DNA of 63,376 nucleotides, the filler included, from Octopus bimaculoides (lineage: Eukaryota): the NCBI RefSeq assembly GCF_001194135.2. It is 8 parts of 8 records of this genome, joined end to end, with 100 filler letters (N's around TTAATTAATTAA, not from the genome) between each part and the next. Parts side by side here need not be neighbours in the genome. Positions count along the whole stretch, not along the records: positions 1 to 27,621 come from NC_068991.1; 7 more parts are not named here. One strand, given 5' to 3'. The first letter of the stretch is position 1. Each line of letters starts with the position of its first letter. The position numbers and the translations under genes are program-made. This document shows positions 12,513 through 25,200 of this stretch, piece by piece. The notes beneath the pieces were generated by a model, which saw only the letters and a list, made by a program, of their open reading frames with translations, had not been told where the DNA came from and did no database searches.

Positions 12513-15500
12513 ATCAACTTCTTTCAGTTTCCATCTATCAAATCCACTCACAAGGCTATGAAAAGTAAATCAACTGTCAGACTTCCTTTCTCAAGTTAAA
12601 TTAGCTATTAATTGAATGTGTGATATACTTACCCCCATTTTCTCCATTTTCCCCATTTTCTTTAACAGATTCAGATTCATTTTCCATATTAGTAACAGAA
12701 GAAGAATCGGCTGCATTATTCTGTAAACAATTTGTTTTGCTTAAGTAGGTGAGTCGTTTTTGGCGCAATTCATCAATGGATATCGGCTGTTTTGAAGGCT
12801 TTTGTGTTTGAGATTGTTGACTGGGAAGAGACTGGGGCGTACCCCAAGTCTGATGTACTTCCAAATCAGGAGTAGTATCTTCAGTTCCAAGACAATTATC
12901 TTCTGCCTTATCACCTGAAATCATTAAAAAAAAATATTAAATTTCAAAAGCATGTATGTCCATGTGTGTGTTTACATTTGTGTTCTATAAACGTTGCAAG
13001 CTACAAACTGTGCTGTTGCTATTACTTCTGTCAATATCCACTCGCTTTGCACTTTCAAGACGTGTAAAATTATAGATCGCTTACTTGAAAAACCAGTAAG
13101 GATTAATATCCAGCTGTTATATATTTGTTTAACATATGCTGGTATGGGAAAATGGACATAAAACAAATGCATATTTTACTTATTCCCCATTTTTAAAACC
13201 CTTTTGTTACCATATTTCCATTGATATACACTGCCTTAATTTCAATTAACTTTGAAAATAATGAAGAAATTAGAGAAACAACTGGTGTTTGGAACATAAA
13301 TTAAAATGAAATTTTGATGAAAGATCTTGATTTATATCACTTTAAAAATATCATATATACAAACAAAACATTTCAATAGAAATAGAAAATTAGGAGCTGA
13401 GGTGATAAACTACTTTAGCTAACTTTTATTTGCCTGAATTATTTATATCACTTTTTCTTTTGCTACACTTATGAAAATGGCTTGAACAAATTAACTCATG
13501 GTACTGTGAAAGGAGATTTTCCAATAGCTACATAATAAAATTGTTTGTTTGGATAAGATCATGTCTTGGGAAGATGATAATGACATTTTGAGACTGACCC
13601 TTCATCTGAGAGAGAAAACATGATAAAAGGGCCAGTCCTGAAACATTAGATTCTTCTTCTCCCCACAGAATACAAACTTATCAAAAACCATGCCCCACAC
13701 CTTGTGATTTTGCCAGCACAGACCACCCACCAGTTCTGCAGACTTTAGTATTTTTACTTATGTGGGAGACACACAGTGAAGTCGACCAGTTTATGACAGT
13801 AACCACTTTTGAAATATAATTCTTATGGGTTAAAAAGCAAGACTGGTTCTCTTGTATTAAGTAGTGTAAAAAATATATTCAGTCCATTCTGCAAGTAATT
13901 TATGATAGGGAGGGCATTCATTTGTAAAAATATGCAAACACTATCACTGAATACAGGTGAAAATTTTACAGTGTAACACAGGTGTCAGCAAGAATAGTAC
14001 TGGGCTAAGAAAGTCATCAGGTTGCTAACGGCCTTATTAATGTACAGAGAGTGTGGTTTAGGTTTCCACAAGTTTAAAAAGAATCACCTCTCCAATAAAC
14101 TGCAATTGAGTACAATAGAGGAGGAGGAGAAAAAAACTTTTCACAGCATTCAGCAAACTTGGTGAATGATAGATGAGTGTTTTTGTGTGTCTTGAAATGC
14201 TGAATTCAGGTCTTCCTCCCAAAGGCTACTGAAGAAGAGAGTAAACTGACGTTCTAGAATGATACTAAAGTTAGGGACATGTCAAAAACAGTATCTTGGC
14301 ATCTCATTCAGGAATTTCAAGATCAAAACAAACATAAATTGTACAAGAGAAGAATAAACATTCTAAAAGTTTTTTCTATATCAAATATAGCAATTAACGC
14401 ATCAAACAATAAAAAAAAACAAAACATGAAAATTTACCTTGCATACTAAGTTCAAGAGCAGTTTGTAAAAGTGCTTCTTCCTTATCTTTCAAACTCATTG
14501 CTAATGCTCTCTGCAATGAAGGATCATCCTTTTCAGCATATTCCCGAGTAGTCTCAATAACTTGCTGTAAACTGGGGTCCATCTGGTCTTCACTGTTGGA
14601 TGCAGTTAAAGATGCTGCACTTTCTAAGGTAGGTTTCACTGGCTGTACAGCAGGATGAATTTTTAAAAGTTGGTCAGCATCACTAGGTGGCAAGTTACCA
14701 ATGATAATAAATATTGAATAACCTGTGAGTAGAATAATATGAAAATACTATTGTTGCTTGGAGAGGAAGAGAGAAAGAGAGGAGAGAAGTGAGACAGATT
14801 AAAAGAAATACATTTATTTCTATTTTTCTCTACATGTACCGAATGGTTCTAAAAGAATTACCTAATTATAACAAAATGCTGCAGTTTGTAGTTATAGGCA
14901 TGGCTGTGTGGTAAGAAGCTTGCTTCTTAACCACATGGCTCCAAGTTCAGTCCCATCGCATGGCACCTCGGGCCGACCAAAGCCTTGTGAGTAGATTTTG
15001 GTAGACAGAAACTGAAAGTAGTCCATCATGTGTGTGTGTGTGTGTGTGTGCGTGTGTGTGTGTGTGTGCATGTGTTTGTCCCCCACCACTGCTTGACAGC
15101 TGGTGTTGGTGTATTTATGTCCCCATAACCTAGTGGTTTGGTAAAAGATACTGATAGAATAAGTACCAGGCTTTAAAAAAATGTACTAGAATCAATTTAT
15201 TTGACTAAAAATTCTTCAAGGCAGTGCCCTAGCAAGGCTATAGTCTAATGACTGAAACAAGTAAACAATAAAAATATATTTCCTTTTTTCCAGTTAAAAC
15301 TTTTGCTAGTATTGATACCAAACCCACTTTAATGTATAGTGGGAGAGCTGTTGCTGCCACAGTTGAGTAACCCAGTAATGTCTTCCTGGGGAGACCAGTA
15401 ACAAACTGTATGTCTTGTCTCTCTTCCATTTAGGACTATATTACATATATTGTCATGCAGTATTTGGTCTTGTGACTGCTCTGCATATAGCAGGAAGGTG

Positions 15501-18500
15501 GAAGGTGACTGCAGTAGATTGATGTAAAGTACACCCAAGTTATTTTGGTATAAAATAGTTACAATTTATCAGATACTGGCAGCCTAGTACAAAGTTTGGG
15601 CCCAGAGAGAGTGGAGAGATACATTGAGTTTTCAGTTATTTTGGTGTATGTTTTATGTAAATCTGGAGAGGGAGAGGTAGCAAATTAAAAAAAGGTTAGA
15701 AGTCTAGTTCCAATAATGTTTACAAGTGGTTAACCATGTAGTTATAATATTTATGCACTTTGTAACGTTTGAATGGAATAAATCTACTTTGTGTAAAAGG
15801 TTAAATGAAATACAGTATCTGTGACAGTATCTGAGCTTGTGAGCTTTGAGGCTAAAATTTCATACCAATTATTTGCAAAAACCGAAAAAGAATTTTTCTA
15901 GAACCATTCAAATTGTTTCTATCTTGTTTCTATCCATTCACAAATTCTTAATATCATTTTCATATTCAACAGATATGAATTTAAGATATTGGATTATTAA
16001 CAATATGGTCATCAGGAGTACAAAACACATTGGTTTGTTGTTGTTTAGTGCCAAGTCAGCATTGATTCAGTAGATCTATGATCAAAAGCAATTTAGACAT
16101 GACTGTCCTGTGTTTTATTCAAACACAGTTTATCTAGAACCACATTTTTCAATATCCACCTTTTTCTTTCTTTTTGAGACAACAGAGTTAGATTTGGCCA
16201 CTATATCTATCTCATCAAGCAACTTCATATAGGTGCCCACATTGTGTTGCACCATTCAAGCAGAGCACACTACTCTGTCTCAATCTACTTGACAAGACTA
16301 TCAGTATTATTCTCACTTCAAAATTTAAAAAAAATCAAAGAGACAAATAACCCATCCAACTGTAAGAAAAAATTACTTTCCTCTAATAATCCATATGCAA
16401 GAATATCAAAAGTAATTTCACCAACTCTAGTTGTTGTTCAATCCCAGGTTAGCCCTGATCAAGTAAACCTATGATCAAAAGCATTCCAACTGTGACCATT
16501 CCATATTTTTTCAGATACAATATATTCAAGGCTATTGTATCAAATGTCCTTTTTTTTAAAGACATTAAGGTGTGATTTGAGGGATACTGGCTATTGTTTG
16601 TAGCAAGCCAACTAATCACACAGAGGCTCTTTTGTTGCCTCATTCAACTCTAGTTTGGAATAGTTGGTGTAAAACTAGAAAAAATGTAAATATATTGCTC
16701 CTTGATGTCATAAGTTAAATGGTTCTGAAATAACATTTATCTAATTCACTGCAATATATAAATTTAAAGGCAAATTTATGAGGATATGAGAGTAAAAAAA
16801 AACACAGGAAAAGAAACAGTAGGTGGGAAAGTGAGAGGAGGGGGGAAAATCACAGCACTGATGAAATATATTTATTTATATATTTATATATATATACACA
16901 CATATATATTACCTTCTTGTAGTAATTGTATGATAAACAAAGACAGATATGTGTCTGATATGAGTTCGGGACCACTCAGTAAAGAGTTTAAGTTAAACCA
17001 TTGGAAACCAATTTTACGTATAGTGAACCAATGTTCCTTCATGTTGCATATATAAGCTGTTTGTTGTCTGAAATGTAAACAGTATGTCACTAAATAAAGT
17101 CTGATGTTTGCATCATGAAGATTCAAAGGAAAAAAAAATAAAATAAATAATAAATAACTTTTTTAATGTATAGTTAGACCAACTTACAAAAATCTTTATG
17201 CAAATGCTGCTTTTTAACACTTTAATACTTTTGTTATTTGAAATGGATGTTAAGATGGGTAACTGTATGGCAGACCAAAGTCCTCACTGTCACATCTCTA
17301 CTTGGAACCATTTATGTTGCTACTGCCTTTTTGGATACATGTGAATGTTAAATTTCCCATGCCAATCTGAAGCTTCATGTCTATGAAAGAAACCGGAGTG
17401 TTTTACATATAATGTGGTAGTAATGTGCAGTAATATGGCAACAAGGTCAGAGAACCAATTCAATGATATCCATTTCAATCCATAGGGTGAGATATTATTG
17501 AAGAGCTGGGGGGGGGGGGGGTGATTAGAGACATAAAGGCATGGAAAGCAACTGGACCATCAAAGATAGTTGCTGAGATACTGAAAATATCTGATGAAGT
17601 AGGATATCTGCTAGTCACTCATAGTCAATCAAGGATGTCTCATACCCAATGCCAGGTGTATAAGTTTCATCATTAATCGTGACACAAGCAAAAGAGATGC
17701 TCTAGAAAGAATCAATTACAGGAGCATCAAATTAATGTCTGATGTTATGAAAGCAACAGAAAGCATTACATAGTTGATTAAGAAAAGAATTAGCTTACAT
17801 GAGATGCAGTTCAGGTTTGTGCCTAGCATCACAAGTACCCACTTCCTAGTGAGACAATAATGAGGAATTCTTAGGTAAGAGAGCACCAGTGTATTTATAT
17901 AATTCATCTACCTGGAAAAGGTTTTTCAGAGGAAACCACAATATGTATTCTGGTGATCACTATGAAACCTTGATGTAGTTGAATGGCTTGAGAAAGCTAT
18001 GAAAGCCATCTACAGAAATGATGAGGACATCTTTATAGATGGTTTGAAAATTAGCAATGAGTTCAGCAAGGAATTTAGGTAGGAATCCATCAGAGCTCAG
18101 TTTTCAGCCTCTTTCTGTTTACAACAGTTCTCCAGGCCACAACAACATGGGATCACATGTACGCTGATGACCTGGTTCTTAAAGATGAATCTGTTAAAGA
18201 ATTAAAGAAAAAGTTCCAAACATGGAAGTAAAGCCTACAAACATAAGGGCTCTAAAGTAAATCTAGCAAAGGCAAAGAATTTAGTTAGCATGAAAAGAAA
18301 ACAGGACTCTGCTACCATTAGGAAAGAGGCCATGCTCTATGTATAGAAAAAGATTAAGTTGAAACTCTATACTGTGTATCAAAAGTAAACTACAGGTGCA
18401 AAGCAGATACAGTGAGGTACACAGGTAAGCTGACAGAAAAGGAAGAATTCCTATTTGGAAGATGCAGAGTAGTTTGCAGTCGGAGTCACTACTCATGAAA

Positions 18501-19198
18501 TAAATTCTTCCAGATGCTAGTAATGCCTTGAAGTAATTGTTTGTGTCAATTACTTGTGTGACATAATAAACAATGGAACTAGTTGATCCAACATCATAGT
18601 AGAGTGAAAAAAGTTCAGAAAGCAAGTACTTCTGCTGGCAAAAAGGGGATTCTCTCTACATGAAGGGCAGATTGTATGTTTCTTTTTTTATACTTTCCTT
18701 CTATCTGTATACTTGTTTATCTGCAAGGGAGGATAAGAGGTACGGTGGTTGCTTTATGTGAGATGCTGAGAGATGACGGGAGGAACAGGTTTATTGCTGT
18801 GGAGGAGATTCATGTCAACATTGCATATATATAAATGTGTCTGTGTGTGCAAACATATATATGTGCGTGTGCGTGCACACACACACACACTCACACACAC
18901 AGAGGGTGCAGTGAGTATGAGGACAATTATCAGTATATTACACTCTTCAAACCAAAATAAAAGTTTTTTTTATTTCTTTCAGATCTTCCATGACAGATAA
19001 AATGTTAAGAGAAGTGAAAAGACATGCAGTCATTGTTGCCATATGTGCAGATCAGAGCCATTTAGAAATTGCCAACTTTCTAAATGTTGCAAGATTTTTT
19101 TGTATACGCAGTTCAAATAGAATTGGAAGCCAGTGACAGGATTGTTTCAACTTTATCAAAGTTTCATCAGTGTGTGTGTGTGTGTATAAACAAACACA

Positions 19199-19254
<56 letters not shown>

Positions 19255-22200
19255 AATACAAATATATGTATAATGGACATTAATTAGACTGCCTTAAACA
19301 AGATTTAATGCCTTCAGAAGTTTTAACCTAAGAAAAATTGTTAGTACTGACACTAGTGTAGTGACTTTTACAGGTATTACAATGAATCTAACTTTGGACA
19401 CTCACAGCCCTCTATAGAATACCTAATGAGGTTATACAATTTATTTACAAAAAGTCTAACTGTTTGCCTAACATTCTCAAAATGTTGCCAAGATAAATCA
19501 GTAAAAGAATCACTAAAATATCAAATGAGGAGACTTTTAATGGTACTGCTATATTTTATAATGAATCCCTGAGCAGAAACAGCTTTGACAATGGAATAAA
19601 ATACAATCCTTTCACAAGGCATACTCAAATGCTAGAAAACCCAGACAAAAAAAACTAACCAGTATAACCCCACTACCTTTAATTAAAATGTTAGAACCAA
19701 TATTGTCAAATCCCTAGTAATCATAAGTTCCAAAAAATATTTAACACATATAACCTCAAAGTAGGTTATAGCTGCACTGATATTTCATCTCTTCCTTAGC
19801 CAGAATCTATAGGAAAAAAACTAAGCCTTCCCTCCCATGATTCCGCACTTCAGTGCAACTTCCTTAACAAAAGTATGTGCCCTTTATATGGTAAATACTT
19901 TCAAGAAATATCATTTGCTGTACCAAATTTTCAACCAATGATGAAAACAATGATACAATGTGTTATATAGGCCTTACTGAGAATTCATTTAAATCCATAT
20001 ATACTTAGCATACACATTCATATATAAGACAAAAGAATCTACAATAACACTTTTGAAATATAATATGACAAAACAATATTCCACATATTTCACAATATAT
20101 ATCTGTGCAAATTGAGACCAGATCCATGTTATTTGTGGTTTGGGACCAGTATATACACAGTCTACATTAAAAAATCATGCTATTTGGAGTAGTGTTATTT
20201 GAGGGTTTGTTATGGAGAGAGACAGAAAAAGAGCTGTGTTGGATGAGAGAGACTACTTGAGGTAGTATTCTACAGCTCTGTGCTCTTACTGACACCAACC
20301 CTTACATATTTTCAAGGAAGGTACTTTATTTCCCACTATTACATATCAAACCACTGCTGGATATCTTGTTTACATAAACATCATCACTGCTGAAGTGATG
20401 TCAATGCTATACATGTGGAGAAAAAACCACAAATATGTAAATCTGCACACAGATACACACACATACAGACAGAGTTTCCACCTAGCAAGTTTCACTCATA
20501 AAGCATTATTCAGCCTGAGGATATAGCAGAAATCATTTGACCAATGTGCTACAGAGGGATTGAACACAAAACCTTGTGGTTGTGAAGTGAACTTCTGTGT
20601 TAGAAAGTTGGCTATTAGAGTGAGGCTGTTTATTTGTATGCTTTAGGTTGCACTGGGTGATCTGGGAAGCAATGATATCCAAGCAGGAGGAAATGACTTT
20701 AACATTATTGATACTGAAGAACTTGTTGTATTTGTGTGTTAATGAGAAATGTCTTGCAAAAGATAGAAAGTTCCTGGCTATAGAAAAGACTACATTCATG
20801 TTAAATGGTAGATTAAACAAGATTATTGTCTTCTAATTCATCTATGGTGTATGTGTGTTTTCTTCCTTACATACTAGCTTCCCACTCGTACTTAGTTATA
20901 ACAAGAGGAGCCTTGTTAAAGATATCTGCCTTGTTCCAGTTACAAGATTCCTAATTATGGCTGAGAAAATAAATATATGTCCTTGTTTAGCTTTCCATAG
21001 AACATTTTTACCTATAGTTATGCTTAAATCAAACTCCTTGAATACTCCTGTACAATCTATCCAATGCCATTCATATTGCATGAGATTATCAAGATATCAT
21101 CTCTGCATAATCTAGAGCTATGAAGGGTGGTATACTTTCTAAGAAAAGCTCTCTGTGGAGACACTGAACAAGCCTTTTTTTTTTTGTTCCACCAAGTTTC
21201 ATTGTGATATAAGAGTACCTTTTTAACATTTATTAGCAACTCAATGTCTTGATTACTAATTCAAGTAAATTCTTTAAAGAAGTCAAAGGCTTTTGAGTAG
21301 AAAGATTGGAAGAGAGGGAAACGTTTAAAATAAAATTTAAGGGTTCAAAAAAATCCATGCTTGACAGTCTTGATAAATGGTGCTATTTCTAGTTTTTTTT
21401 TTTTTCATGATATGATTTTTAAAACAAAGTAAGCAATAATTTATTTGTTATAAGTTAGACAAATGTATTGTCAAGGCATTGTTTTACAGACATATGGCCT
21501 CCTTGTCAATAATCTTTACCTATTTTATTAGTAAGGGATCTCTTATTTCATATGTCTTCAAAAACATAAAATTTGTAAAAGACATGAAATTTGTAAACAA
21601 GTGAAAACAACACTGAAAACAACACTGCTGGCAGCTTGCAACTCCTGTAGAGTGCAAACATAAACAAACACACATGTATATATACAATGGGTTCCCATAT
21701 AGTTTTTCTCTAGCAAATTCACTCACAAGGCATCAGTTGACCTGGGGCTATAGTAGAAGACATCTACTCAAGGTGCTGCACAGTGAAAGTGAACCTGAAA
21801 CCACTTGGTTAGGAAGTCAACTTATTAACCACACAACCATATATGCACGTCTTACAAAGTAAGCATTATATTTTTATAATTTTATAAGATAATTTTTCTA
21901 TTAAATTCCCATGCAAAGTGCACCAATAATATGCCTGTTTCATCTCGTGTGTACCATAAAGTCAAAAAGATTAAAAACCACTGGTTTAGAGTCAACATGG
22001 CAAAGACCAAATTAGATCATGAAATTCAAGAAACATGACATATAGGTTGATACAAACAATGAGTACATAAAATAAGCAGCAGGATAGTTTTGTTGGGCTC
22101 ACAGAAAATCAAGACTTCAGATGTGTTAGAATGCACAGAAGTAGCTAGCATTTGGATCATGCATAAAATGAAGCCCATGAATTTTTCAGTTGACTTACAA

Positions 22201-25200
22201 GACATAATTGAAAGACTGTCATAATGGTAATTTAATTAATGCAACAACTAGTAGTAGCAAAAAATAATTTTTGCTGGAGAAGAAAGGGTTGGAAGTTGTT
22301 GCTTCTGCTGATTACAAAGAGTTTTTCTATTAGTGAAAAAGAAAAACCAGATAAAGCATATGTAGAAAGTAAAATTCAACAGATCATCAGACTTCTGTAC
22401 TTATTTCTCATAACCAAACAAATATATAATGTTAATCTGCATAAAAGGTAGAGCACAAGTGGGCAAAGAAATGGCCGAATATTAAAAAGAATCAACTGAA
22501 GTATGCAGGAGAGATAACTGTGCTAGTATAGTGATGTGAATGCATGTCTAGTGTTTAGTGAAAAGGTGCCAAGTATTGATGGAGAGTATCAGTGTAAAAA
22601 AAAAAAGACTAAGGTCAGATCTCAAGATGTTGGGCTTCTCAGAAGAGACAACTAAAGACTGAAATTATTGATCATAGGCAGTATGGCAAATATATCCAAC
22701 ACAGAAAAGTATGTTAATACATGGTGAATGACATATGCAACATTGTAAGATAACAAGAACTCAACTAAGCAAAAATATTTTCAAAGAAAAGTGAGTGGAG
22801 TTTAAACATTTTGCTACATCTGACCCAAGAGAAAAATTCATTTTAAACTATCAAATTGTAATTATTACAGTGAAGTTGCTGTTGTTAATGTAGTGACTTG
22901 TTCAGTTCTGGTTGTGAAAAGAATACAGTAGAGTAAAAATAATCTAACAATATTTGGTGTGATGAAATGTACTTACAGAGGATTTTCTTGTGCTTCCTTA
23001 GCTTTTGGATGTTGACTACTAAAAGGTATTATATCTAAATTCCATACTCCTAATGCATTTGTTATAACTTGTATTGAGAAATATCCTCGTTCATCCATAT
23101 TTGAAGACGGTTGCTGTAAATATAAAGGATAAATGTACAAATGTGTGTGTGTATACACACACACATTCAACAATTATCAACAAAATATACACAGAAAACA
23201 TAGCTAAAAAGTAAAGAATTTCAACATCAGATTTATCCACTTATTACTAAATAAGATATTCAAGATCAAATAGAAAGCAAAACGTCTTAGTAAATAGCAA
23301 TGGACATTGAATATCAATGTTAGAAGTGTAGAAATGATAGATTCGAAAATTTAACTATTTAAAATATGAACCAACAAATCACACTCACATTTTTTAAGAA
23401 TCCCAACCACATCAAAACTAATATGTATTGTGAAGTTAAGAAACATCCAAGCAAACTGGATACAACTTGCATCTATAGGTTATATATTTTTTTAATAAAA
23501 ATAACTACTGACCAATATATTAGGCATTCCAACACTATTCCATGTCACTGAACATACTTAAACCAGATGTGCTATACATCACTTGCCTCAGTTTATCTAA
23601 GGGCAAACTTTCAGACACCAATAATTCACTGTATATCAAAATATAATATGGGTGCAGAAAAATGATGTCTTCCAACACACACCACTTAACTACCCCTCAA
23701 CAGCTAATACTTCATCACCATTCTCTACAACCAACAAGATTCTCATCATTTGACTGGCATTCCAGCCATGACCATCCCAATTTTTCTAGTGCATTATATT
23801 CAGGATTGCTTTATCCAGTATATTCATTCATTTTTAAGCTGGGCTACAATACTAAATAACTAAATATCTCTTTCTTCAACTAATTAGACTTTAGCCTATA
23901 ACCTAGCTGTCTTTAAACTATGACCAACTACAGGAACATTAAACATATCATCATCATACTGAGGTAGCAAGAGAGAGAGAATAGAAATCTTAGAATTAGC
24001 TATTTCTAGCTGATTAACCAACTGACATGCAAACTTCATTTGCAGTATAGTGGTCAGCTATACAAAGGCATGTATATAGAAGAATAGAGCTGTGGGTAAT
24101 ACCTAGTCATTAAGCCAACTATCCATGTCATAATCTTGATTACTCAGAGTTAAGTTAGAACTACACAACACCACCATTACCACCAGAATATCTCCAAAAC
24201 CACTGTCAAAACTTCCACTGGACACTTTGGAATGACATTCAGTTCCAACTTCCTTTTAAATCAAAACATGTTACCAAATTTTAAATGTCACTGCAATTTT
24301 CTTAACCAAAGTTAGTCTTCTTCAAGCTCATTTTCAGTAGGCAAAGGAATGCAAGACATGAATAAACTTGGTAGAATTTGAACTCACAACAATAAGATAT
24401 TGAATGAAGTATCATAACACATCTGGTCTAGATTTCTACTGACTGAACCACTGTTATTAAAAAATCAAATATCACCAACCTATATGTATATGCCCCCAAA
24501 TATACATAACACTACAGGTTTTTCCAATATAAATTCTGCAAAGTCAAAACAGTATGTTGTTTTATTTTATTTTGTCAATACAGAAGTACTGCATGGACTA
24601 AACTGGGTTGGCATTCAGTACTAAATAACTAAACATCTCTTTCTTCAACTAATTAGACTTTAGTCTATAACCTAGCAGTCTTTAGACTATGAACAACTAC
24701 AGGAACATTAAACATATCATCATCATTTTCACAAAAATAAACAACATGGGTATATGTATATTAACATCTCACTCACCTCTAAAAAGTGCATATATTCTTG
24801 TGAGTTCTCACCACCCTCAGCCATCTGCTCCCTTTCTTGGTCATCTAATTTCTTGGCTATTTGTGCCAAATCTATAGGGCTGAAATACTGGCCTTGAAGA
24901 AGGGAGTTCAGACAGTGAAGGGCACATAATGAACCCTGTTGCTGTAAAAGAAAACAGAAAAATAATACATACAAAGCTGATAAAAGAATTTAACCTGTAA
25001 ATTATTTTATGAAAATCTTGTATGGTTTAAGTAAAGAAGGAAAACAACAAGAATGATTCCAATTTTTTTATATTCGTAACTTACAAACCCTAGCCTTCTT
25101 AAGCCCTTTTATAATAAGAGAGAATATTTCCTCCACAATAATTGCAGTGAATTTGCCTTTAGAAAAGTTGAAATATGTCAAAAACATATTTTAACTAACT

